Source: Tubulanus polymorphus
Taxonomy: Eukaryota > Animalia > Nemertea
Assembly: GCF_964204645.1 (NCBI RefSeq)
Contig: NC_134027.1
Location: forward strand, 11,440,485 to 11,504,484
DNA: 64,000 nucleotides
Direction of reading: 5' to 3'
Part shown: in pieces, positions 12,711 to 23,802 of the stretch
Layout of the letters: each line of letters starts with the position of its first letter
How positions within the stretch are numbered: position 1 is the first letter of the stretch
Notes under the pieces: generated by a model
Told to the model about the DNA's origin: nothing
Database searches by the model: none
Seen by the model: the letters and a program-made list of their open reading frames with translations, nothing else
Position numbers and translations under genes: made by a program

Positions 12711-13737
12711 TCGTTACGCCACGCGGAACAGTGTTTCATCAATTGGTTCGTAATAATAATTATCTATTTCATCATCAATTAAATCGAATGCAAAATAACA
12801 AACAGAGTACATGACAGAACTAGTAGATTGATTCATATTCATTCCCAATCTTGATTCAGATACGCAAGACATTTTTGCATCGCTAACTATATAAGCGTAC
12901 GATGACATGCAAGTCGTTTTGGCAATCGCTTTCTCGAATCAGGCAAAAAAAGAACAACAAAACTGGCGTTGCCACTTGAAGAACTCAATGAGCGTGCGAG
13001 ACTCATCCTGAATGATTATACTCCAGAGTCGAGACCTAATGGTCTTGTCGGTCTCATTACATGCGGATTTAACAAATGCGGATTCATTGGATCCTCCTTT
13101 TTCACAAGCGTCAGACACTCTAAAGCTGCCTTCACTCTCTCCGGTGTCAGCGAGGCTTTCGACGAATCCAGATTAAACGAAATGCGAACCTTGGCGGTCT
13201 TGGCAAATGAGATTTCTATGCAACCCCCTGTTTAGTATTGTATGAATTCTAATTGCGTATTCACCCTTTTGTGTTGACAAGGCTTACATTTTTTTCCGGA
13301 AGGGGGGGCTAGGCTTAAGAAAATCATGCACCTTTTATATCCGCCGTTAAGCCGTTCACATCGATCAGATGTTCATCATTGGTTAACCGTCCGCGGCATT
13401 TAGCTTTTTCTCGCTTGAAGAGCCAGCTCGCGCAATCATCGGAATAGCCTTCGGATATTTTTCGAGATTCCACATGGACGTAAAAAAATGAGACTCGGTC
13501 GAATTAACCGTTCGCGACTTCGGTGCAAATCATCGCACTGCCTTAAAGCCAAGATCCGAATAAATGTCACCTATCGTTTGCCGTTTCAACAACAACAATA
13601 GTGATCCTGATATGAGCATTTACTCTTTATCACCTTAAATCAATATTCAAGCCTGAATCCAGGCTTTGGCATAAAAAGAAAACCCATCTTTCGCCTCTGG
13701 TGCATAGAGAGAATTTGGGAGATAATTCAGAGGATAC

Positions 13738-13739
<2 letters not shown>

Positions 13740-13789
<50 letters not shown>

Positions 13790-13850
13790 GATAAGATTTT
13801 CCCAGCGGGATATATATATATATATATCCCGCTGGGAAAATCTTATCGTA
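13740..13850. repeat. (TA)n microsatellite plus perfect 64-bp palindrome
   Basis: (TA)n 13740-13788; 13787-13850 is 24-bp arms around (TA)8. Confidence 0.95.
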
Positions 13851-14665
13851 ATAGTCACAGAACGAGGTGGTTTTGAGATGCCTTATAAAAATTGATTCAG
13901 ATTGAAATGACAAGAAACAGAAAGATTTGATTTATTCCAAAGTCTTGGTGCTAAAGGCTCGAAAAAGTTGCTGTGCAAAAGATGACATGTCAAAATTAGT
14001 TTCGGATATAGTCTGTTTTGAAGTACATTTATGCATGCTTAGATGTGTCCCGTGTAGAACATGTCCAAATAGACAGTACATCGGTAGGAAACCTTCCTCT
14101 CGCGGTTAAAACCGCTTTACCACGAATTAAGTCGTCTCAATATGAGACGCCTTACATCTTACATGCGACGACAATTTTTGTAATCTAATCATCACAAAAA
14201 CGGCACTTTTAATTACGAAATTCGTTATCGAAATCTCTCGAGCACCGCGCGAGTCGTACGCCGGCAGCCTTCGGCGACTTCATTAATTCGCCGATACGAG
14301 CTGTTTAACAAAAACAATGGTAATTACCTCGCGAATCAAATCAAATCGTATGCCGCTGTTTGATCTGCACGCGGGCGACTGCGCGACGGAATCTAATAAC
14401 GTTTTGTCGAAATCAAATGAGACACGACATACATCTAAAACTGCGGGCTATGAAAACTTAAAAACAAATTAGAACGACGATAAATTCACACGAGCAGTCG
14501 ACGCCCTGAAGTATTGAGTTAGACAATTTTATACAAAAAATTAAGCATCATTAAAGGATGTTATCCAGAGAAAACGCGTTCTGTAGGTCTGTTAAATTTC
14601 ATTCCCTCATTAGTTTAGCCATCTTATCTTTTTTCTCATAAAAAAAAAGTAGAAAGACTTTTTAA

Positions 14666-14947
14666 CCCTTTCAGTGCGCCTATTCTCAGCAGTGTGGTGT
14701 ATAACTCGGAGATGGACTTTGCTAGTACACTGCATCGCCATACATTGATGTAATCAGCAATTACTTTTTATCTCTATCGAAAGATGGCAGCACCTAGCAA
14801 ACATAGTGGAATATAAGTAACTAGCGATACACTGCGATGACGCACTATCACGGCATGCCCGTCATACAACACACTGGGTTGGAATATTTTCAAATTTTCA
14901 AATTATCTCCAGCACTTTTGGGTATTAATTAGTCAGCACTGACAGGG
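14666..14947. mobile_element. piggyBac-like MITE
   Basis: TTAA|CCCTTTCAGTGC...GCACTGACAGGG|TTAA. Confidence 0.85.
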
Positions 14948-15644
14948 TTAACGGGATCTGATTGCTTTTCCGCACTCCTTTTCGTTTGTTTTGCAGAACC
15001 ACACTGGCGGAAAAAAAAACTACCCACAATTATTGGAAACCCGATAACGAATCTAAAAATGGATATTCTCAACTGAACAAACAAAGGCTATTTCGTGAAG
15101 TGCAAGTTTTATCGCCGCAATCTCCATTTCCCATTAAGAAATGTATTTTTCGAAAACAGATCCGCTGTTGATTCTGGCCGTAGAAAAAAAAAACATCAAG
15201 CCGATGGACATTCGAGCAGCCAATTCATACACTTCCACCGATGCGCTCGGCAAATAAGAAGACAGCTACTACCGGCAATCCGATGATTGGAATCAGATCG
15301 CAGAAAAATACGGGCGCCGAGTACAACGTCAGGGGAAATAGTGACGAATCGCCTTAGACAATTACACAAGAAATTGCCCATTACGCTAACTAGACAAATT
15401 AAATTCAGGAAGCCGACGAATCTATTTGTTAGCTGTAGTTGGCAGCGATGGGTGTAACGGTACTAAAACGATTTACACCGTCAGAAATTTCATCGACGCA
15501 TTCCTTTTTTTGGTAGTTTGAAGGGTAGTTTGAAGTGCATCATCTTGAAAGGATTGCGATTAAGAACGATGAATTCGACAAATATGGCTGCAATCTGAAG
15601 TATGAAATGGTGATGACGATAGAAAATAACATCTATAAAGCGTT

Positions 15645-16083
15645 ATGTCTCAGGTGCTCTTCAAGTATTCTTCAAGTACTGAACACACGTGAAGTGTGGA
15701 CAATCAGTTTTTGAAAGTGTGCTGATGAAATGTCTAATGTCTGGAGTTTCTAGTTCACTTTAGTCTAAATAGTACAGAATCTCAAATCTATTGAACCAGG
15801 TTATAATAGTTGGTGGTGGTGTAAATTGCCATGACTTATGATCAGGTGTAATAAATTGATGTTTATGGAAGATACGAAGATTTTGATGTGATATGATATA
15901 ATTTGATATGATTTATTTTCTCTATCTATTTTAATACACTTAAATATGAAGTGTGGATAATCAGTTTTTGAAAGTGCGCTTATCGAATGTCTAATGTCTG
16001 GCGTTGGCAGTTCATTTCCGATTAAATATGTCTCAGCTGAAGTTCTGAACACATGCGAAGTGTGGATGATCAGTTTTTGAAAG
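15645..16083. repeat. three degenerate direct repeats
   Basis: GAAGTGTGGAYRATCAGTTTTTGAAAG at ~15691, ~15948 and ~16057, with partly shared flanks. Confidence 0.7.
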
Positions 16084-18716
16084 AATATCAGTTTCATTTC
16101 TTAAGTAAGGTTCCATGGCGAATATTTTTGGGTAATAAACTCTGAAATTACCATGTGTTAGTTCCAATTGCATTTTGGATATGTTGTATCCAGGTCCGAT
16201 AGCTAAATTAGACAAGGTTTTGAATATCCTCAGTAATGAGGTCATCTTCAAGGTCATGTCACTTAAAAACAGATTTTAGTAACAAGTTCTGCCACTAGGT
16301 GGTGCACCAGGCCCAAGTTAGTTTGGTATGATAAGCAAATTGTCCAACCCATAGGTACTAGTTGATCACATGTACGAAAGCTTCCCGGAGACACTGGTAT
16401 TTTTCTCCTCGCAAGGCTGACCTACACTCACCTTTATGAAACAACTAGAACGCGAATTCAGCTAGATCGATGCATAATCGAGCTTCGGAAATTACTTTTT
16501 CACGAAAAGCATCTAAATATCCGAAGATTTTCATCCGTGATCGTCAATCGAGCGCAGTTGTTAATAAAGTTACGGCCAGTTTAATCCGTACCGAGCAATT
16601 CGCGCTCGCACGCGAAATGTATCGCTTTACGAATCCATTACATACAACGACACTGGAAATTCGAGCTGTACCGGCGACAAACTCATTTGGGAAACTTGCA
16701 GCTGGAAACCGAAGAGAACGTCCAGACATCAGTCTAAAACGAGACATCACGTTACTTGCATAATCAACCTGGAGGTTAGCTCAGTTGAATTCAATCATCC
16801 ATTGAAAACATCATCCGATAGGGGTTCTTACGGGTTTCCCAATTTCATTTTCCATACCCAGATTAGAAATTCTCCATACGCCAAAGTTACACATCACCAA
16901 CCTAGAACAGGCAATGTAGGCCCATTCACAGTAAACAAGGGCGAAAAAGGTAGAGAGAATCTCACAAAATTCCATTTGGACCAACTTCTGATTTTCCATA
17001 CCGTTTCATAGCCATTAAGAAAAAATAAATTTCCATAGCTTTTCCAGGGCCTGGGAAAAAGAATTCCCAGTTTCCAAAACTTTCCAAAGACTTTCCAAAA
17101 CCCGTAAAAACCCTGCATCATCATCATCGGCATTCGTCAAGATTGAATATATATAAAGAAGGAAAACGTCACAGATTTGTCAAAATTCCCAGATTTTTCC
17201 GATTCAGTGAGTTTTCCATGTTTTCCAGAACAGTGGCCACCCTGCGTCCTGAACATTTTTTCTATAGTGCTAAAATTGCTTGAAAACGAACCAAATTTCG
17301 ATCGAGTTGTCCTACCAATTGTTATGCACGCCTTCTGACGGGGTACCTAGCAGCACAGGGTTGGGGTAGCATACGGGCACTCACTATTACGGGGAAGGGC
17401 ACTTACTTTGCCAATTCACGGCAAACAAGGGCACTTGACATCAAACTAGTGGTTTTTGAGGCGCACCGACTTTGCCAAATCATGCCAATCGATGCTTTTA
17501 CGTCGAATCCATGGATTTAGAGGCATCCCCAAGGGGCACAGACAAAGCTCGATGCTATTCAAGAACCCTCGGAACCCCCTGGACCACCCTTGGTAATGAA
17601 AGGGGGGTTCCACATTTATCATTATCTTATCTGAGATTTCGCCGGTGTATTACGTTACCCAGTCGAAGGCGCCGCACCGCTATTTCCCGATGTTTAGACG
17701 GCTGGACATACGTGATTTGATTCGGCGCGGTCATCTACGAGGCAAATGAAGCATACGACTAGCACAACATGCGATGCATCACCTGATCTAATAGAATTTC
17801 CCTGCGAGACTGCGAGATTTTTTTCATCGGCGGCGATACACACACAACCGGCGGCCGTGTATACGTACATATCTTCCAATCCCGATAGATAGAATCGGAC
17901 ATTATTTTCAGTAACAATTTGAGATATTCGTTTGACGCGGCGGACAAAAAAGAAACTCACGTGCGCACACGAGACGAGATACGAATCTGTTCCATTTCGT
18001 TGTGTTGTTCGATATCATGAGAATAAATTCATCAGATTATCGCGCGCGGCGCGAATAACAAGTGCAATCTACGAGCGCACAGGCCGATTCTTATTTCGAA
18101 CGGCGATACATCAATGTGTCCTTCGAATTGATTTTCCGTTAATCCTCGGAATATCGGACAAAAAAAAAGAAGAATTTTTTTGCATTCGGGCATCGCCGAC
18201 AAATATTGTGTGTCTGCCGACGGAAAGAGCTGACAAGATAAGAAGATTTTTCTTCAGGGCGGTCATGTTGCTTAGAAACATAGAAACCATTTGATTTTAC
18301 GCGCCATATAGCAATCTCAACACATTTCCCGGACTTTTCCCTGATTTTCAGCTTTTTTACAAAATTCCCCAACTTTTGTAACAGAAAAGATATTTCCCTG
18401 ACTTTTAGCCTGATTTCAAGGTAAGTTGCCACTCTGTTCTTGACAACAGTCAACACTGTATTGATAAATAGCTTGAAGAACTTAAGGGTTGGCCAATTTC
18501 AATTCCACACCGGTTTGCCAACATTTTAATGTAGGTAATGTAGGCCCATTCGTTTAAAGTGCCAATCATCGATACCATAGACAAAGTGTTTTCAAAAAAA
18601 ATTTCTCAATGCGTAGTGGCTATGAACAATGTGTTATTTGGAAAGTGACAACTTCCTGATGTTATCAAAATTTTCATACCCCTTTCAGATTTTTCCATAC
18701 CTCTTCCCATAGAATA

Positions 18717-18720
18717 AATA

Positions 18721-18777
<57 letters not shown>

Positions 18778-19058
18778 TGTGTCTTATATAGCGTTAAATC
18801 TAGCCAGGCTGCTCAGAGCGTTTTACATTTTTCGATATTATTACCCCGGCCAATTTTATACTCTAACATGTATCAGTCATCTCTCCCTGGGGAGAAGTAA
18901 CACCGAGCTGCTAACAAACGCTCAGGAATCATCTATCAGGCCAGGTACCCATTTACTCCTGGGTGGAGAGAGGCAATGAGGATAAGTGTCTTGCCCGAGG
19001 ACACTACGGCAATGTACGGGGTTCGAACCCACGACCTGGCTTCCCAGAGTCGAACGCT
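18717..19058 (-). mobile_element. tRNA-derived SINE with (ATT)n tail
   Basis: On the - strand: B-box GGTTCGAACCC, central GTGTCCTCGGGCAAGACACTT...CTCTCCACCCAGGAGTAAATGGGTACC segment, and microsatellite tail at 18717-18777. Confidence 0.8.
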
Positions 19059-19067
19059 CTAAAAAAG

Positions 19068-19303
19068 AATTTCCATCGCTTTTCAAAGGTCTGGAAACAA
19101 TTCTTATTTACCGAAATCTCTAAGAACCCGTCATTGCTAAAGGTATACGGAGAAAATGATGTGGCCGACTTTACGGAAAATTAACTTTAAAAATTTCCAG
19201 CTTTCAAGGGTCTGAAAAAAAATTCTCATTTACCAAAACCCGTTAGAACCCGTCGTTGCTAAAGGTATACGGAGAAAACGACGTGACCGACTTAACGGAA
19301 AAT
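19068..19303. repeat. tandem duplication, ~122-bp unit x2
   Basis: AGAACCCGTCRTTGCTAAAGGTATACGGAGAAAA recurs 122 bp apart. Confidence 0.85.
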
Positions 19304-20031
19304 GATCTTTTTGTCCAAAAAATAATAGAAATCTCCGCGGAAATGTTTCTTTTATAGTCGAGGAAAATGACGGCGAGCACTCAACGAACTTATACATCGG
19401 TCCTTAATCGAAAATGAAAGGGTTGAATGATAAAGATAAGCGTTTATAGTCGTCGTCGGTTATCAATGATGCTCTATTCGACCGGTAGCGTATTATAAAA
19501 CGCACCGAATGACACACACGCATGTCACATCTGTTAAAAACGTGACTTAACGTCTGTCAAACAAGCGATGACCCTGTCGCGAAAAATCTCATCAAGTCAC
19601 CATAAATCGAAAAAGAGCGTGTTTATAGGCATAAATGTTTATCGATCTTAAAGAAGTAAATATGAATTAACGTCTATATCAAATTTCATAACTTAACAAG
19701 TGTATAACCACAGTCCACGACGCACTAGTTCTATTGGTCTACTGGTTTCTACGTACAAGACCCGGGTGCGATCCCCGGTGAGTGTGCCTAATTTCACTGT
19801 CACTTCTCTTGATCGTTACGCAAACATACCTTTGGCTGGGTAGACATTATTTTAACTGTTCAACCTCCATAATACGATGTTTGCTGATCATGACGTGCTC
19901 TTGCCAATTCTGGAAATTTCTTTAATAACCACTCTTCCAATTAAAACCATCGAATATGTTATGAAGTTGCGTGAATTCTATAGATTATAAACAGTTTCTA
20001 TTGCAATCAAATAGTCATTGAGATTTCTTTA

Positions 20032-20319
20032 CCCTTTCAGTGCTGACAAATCAATACCCTTTAGTGCTGGAGAGAATTTGAAAATTTTAAAAAATTTCAC
20101 CCTAGCGTGTTGAATAACGGGAATACCACTATAGTGCATGTACACTGCAGCGCGGTATATCGTTAGTTACTAATATTTCACTATGTTTGACAGGTGCTGC
20201 CATCTTTCAATAGAGATAAAAAATAATTACTAATCACACCAATACACCGCAGTGCGGTGTACTAGGAACATCCATCAACAATTCATACACCGCACTACAG
20301 TGTAGATTCACTGAAAGGG
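20032..20319. mobile_element. piggyBac-like MITE
   Basis: TTTA|CCCTTTCAGTG...CACTGAAAGGG|TTAA; inverted relative to 14666 and 46660. Confidence 0.85.
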
Positions 20320-21049
20320 TTAAAGACATCAAGATTTTCTATCGTTATCTAAGACCTTGTACGCACTGATTAACATATTATCATACGGATGAAGATGGCT
20401 TTCCGCAAAAAGGACGAAATCGTTTAAAAAGACGAGTTCAATTACAAAATCCTCTCACTAGCCAGTAAATGTTTTATAAACCGCGCTTCGCTTCTTAGAT
20501 ATGCGCAAATACCGACAATACGTATTCATCATCTTATGCAGTAACAATGAAAATGTGATTATTTCCCAGTAATTGAGCTGTAGCACCGGCTATCCCACCA
20601 GATGGCGTAATGAGCAATCAGTGTGACGTTGTTAAAATTCAACCGTAGTTCATTATCAATAAACCGTTAACCATTTAATTTGGCTCCCGAATCATACATT
20701 ATCACCGGATCCAGCAAATACATACATCGAATTCGTTATTCTGCTTAGCGATTGGAATAGTTTTATGATAAATAATTGATTTATCTAAGAGAAAAGTTCA
20801 ATTAAATTTCAACCCTTAAAATTAGAAGAACTGAATATGGATAACGAGTAACCGCTGGCAAACCGGGTGGATCCTTGTTTGCCAGATAAGGAATCCTCGA
20901 ATGCCACAGAAGCGTCGGACAGATTCTTTTTGATATCGTTTTTTGTCGACCTCAACTCATCGCGCGCTACACAGGGCATTATTAGCCGGTTTTAATGAAT
21001 GATTTATTTACTTATAATATGTACAAGATTATAAACATAATTTCTTTGG

Positions 21050-21208
21050 ATATAATTTCATAGATAGATTTGATATTCCTTTTTGAGGAGAGACCAGAGA
21101 AGAACCTTCGACCGAGACATTTTGCCGCCGATCCAGGATTCGAACCCGCGAACCCCGGATCGGCGAGACCAGCGACCGCCTGCGACTTAACCATTCGGCC
21201 ACTGCGCC
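21050..21208 (-). mobile_element. tRNA-derived SINE head and body
   Basis: A-box TGGCCGAATGG and B-box GGTTCGAATCC, without a proper acceptor stem; second head copy at 21416-21493. Confidence 0.7.
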
Positions 21209-21700
21209 TTGGCTATCAATTCCCATTGATATCATTTATAACACAATCATTACCGTAGCGAACAAAGGATAAGACAATCTATTTTCAGAAAAAAATTCCA
21301 AACTTATCAGACCACGTGGGAAGCATTATTCACCGACGAATGACGGATGTATACATACAAATGAAGTAATCAAGATACATTCGACGTAAGTTAGGAGCGC
21401 TCGGGTGCTCAACTGATCCAGGATTCGAACCCGCGAACCCCGGATCGGCGAGACCAGCGACCGCCTGCGACTTATCAATTCGGCCACTGCGCCTTGGCTA
21501 TCAATTCCCATTGATATCATTTATAACACAATCATTACCGTAGCGAACAAAGGATAAGACGATCTATTTTCAGAAAAAAATTCCAAACTTATCAGACCAC
21601 GCGGGAAGCATTATTCACCGACGAATGACGGATGTATACATACAAATGAAGTAATCAAGATACATTCGACGTAAGTTAGGAGCGCTCGGGTGCTCAACTG
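21131..21700. repeat. 285-bp tandem duplication
   Basis: 21131-21415 and 21416-21700 are nearly identical. Confidence 0.95.
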
Positions 21701-22772
21701 CTACGACGACGCCAAATAAAACTTGATGCCTCGCTGCTGAAATATAAATCTAACGTCATCCGAAAATCGGATAAACAGAAGCGTCGAGGGAGATACAGTC
21801 GAACTGCGAATTTAAACCGATTTTTTTCGTAAAATAGTTGTTAGTTAGAGAGAAATTCTGAAATTTTGCGACGACTTCCGCCGCGCGTCTAATAAATTGC
21901 CGACGTTAAAGGTTCTGAAGTGCGTTTTATAGTTATTTGACTTATTCCTAAGTGACTTCGTGTTGTGTTGACTGAGCTGCAGCTAACAGCAGTATCACCG
22001 GCACGTAATTGAAAGCTGCGACTCTCAAACCGCGACCGTGTATGAATAAACAAGCCGTTTTCAAACTGAATAAAACCCGACGAAAATCCATAACACTTAA
22101 TATGCATTGAACGACGGCATTTATGAAATTTAAGTCGCAATCAAACGAGCGTTCTTGACCTGGATCAAATATGGTGAGACCAATCATTCTTCGTACTGTA
22201 TAGGCCTATGCCTGATTGACTACGGCCAAATTTGGCCCTATCAAAGTTTGATCTTAAAATAGGGATTGACCCTGTTATTCATTTGGTTGGTAAATTTCGT
22301 TTGAATTTTCTTGATTGAGTGTCCCTTACAAACCCACCCCACCTGCCGGGAGCGACAAGTGCTTGGCTTACATGTGAATGCCCTCGAATTCGGCATGGGT
22401 AAAATACAAGATTAGCTGCATCCAACACCCAGGGCCTGGCTCCACAGTTGTTAGTTAGACTAAAATTTAAGAGTTAAAATCAGTTCATTTTCATTGTTTC
22501 AATAACTCTAGTCTAATTCAACTCAGAATTGTGCAAATGGATCCTCGTTATTTTGGTTAACAGCAAACTCGTGTCTCTCACAGATGTGGGAGATCTATCT
22601 AGGGTTCTTCTGTTGGAATATCATAGACTTAGAAAAGTATCACCACAGTAATCATAACCTTCAAACATGAAAAACATGCCTTAAAAACTTTCTAGGAGCT
22701 GAACTATGAAACTCTCGACCATTTTGATGTGTATTTGAAAAATTTGGAATACAAATGGAATACAGTTAGAAG

Positions 22773-23350
22773 TTGGGGTCCAGTGACACCACGCCCACTA
22801 GGTAAGCCTTGACAATATGACAATTTCAATATTCAACACCCTTGGTGAACAAATACAGTAATCAATAACATCGTACCTGGAAACTCAACACAATCATTGA
22901 ACATGTTGCAGGCTAGAATTTTGCAATTGATTGTGGTTACAATAGACCTACAAGTACCAATATACAAATGCCACATTATTCCGCTATTCGTCCCCTGGTG
23001 AACAATGAATACATCAACCAATGACCTTGGAAATCCCCATAATCAAAGAACATGTCATGAGCTTACAAATTCGAAATTGAATCAGAACCTGAATCATTCG
23101 CAACCAATCACAAACATACTGTATATTAAGTTTTAAAGAAAAATGAGACAATATTTTGTAGGCTCTATTACATTAGATCATTTTTTAATTCAGCCCCAGG
23201 AGGTCATATTTGGTGCTGATTTGAATCCAATTGTGAATGGTCATCTACCTCAGCTGATGGCCCACCTATAAACTAATTTTACAAAAAATCAGACGAAATC
23301 TGTTGGCTTTGTACATTTTTATATTGGAAAACGCTCCCTTGTGGCCATAT
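22773..23350 (-). mobile_element. diverged Helentron-type element relic
   Basis: Begins GGGGTCCAGTGACACCACGCCCACT, like the terminus at 24691; contains decayed 154-bp units. Right boundary approximate. Confidence 0.55.
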
Positions 23351-23802
23351 TTAGAATCAAAACACACAAATTTCAAATGTCGTCGAATTACGTTGGTAAT
23401 ACACATACGCATCAATTAAGTTTCAAACCATTAGACCAATTCAAACATGTTATTCAACATCGATTTCCAAGGGCCACGATACCCGAGAAATTTCATCTTC
23501 ATACCTCAAATATATGAAAAAGATAAAGAACATGGGCGGCCATAGCAGAGAGCCAGGACAAACACTATACGCCTCCTCGACTTCGAATCATATCTGTCAT
23601 AGCGACTTAATCCATTGAAGAGTTTTTGAAACTTTCCAAAATGACTCGATTACGTCTAAGGACTAATGGTTTGGAACTGCCCCTGTGTCTCATATAAAAT
23701 TTTTAAAAATAGCGGTAGTATTTCGAGCATTTTGGGAGTTTCCCGAGCTTTTTCCAATCCACGGTGAATTCGTGGTCTATATTGCGGCAAATTCTAACAT
23801 AC

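Noticed and set aside
21121-21208. Possible tRNA gene
   Set aside because: A/B boxes present but no acceptor stem or anticodon arm; treated as a SINE head.
525-22187. Many 60-120 aa ORFs in the supplied track
   Set aside because: No recognisable domains; many overlap MITEs, SINEs or microsatellites or use non-ATG starts.
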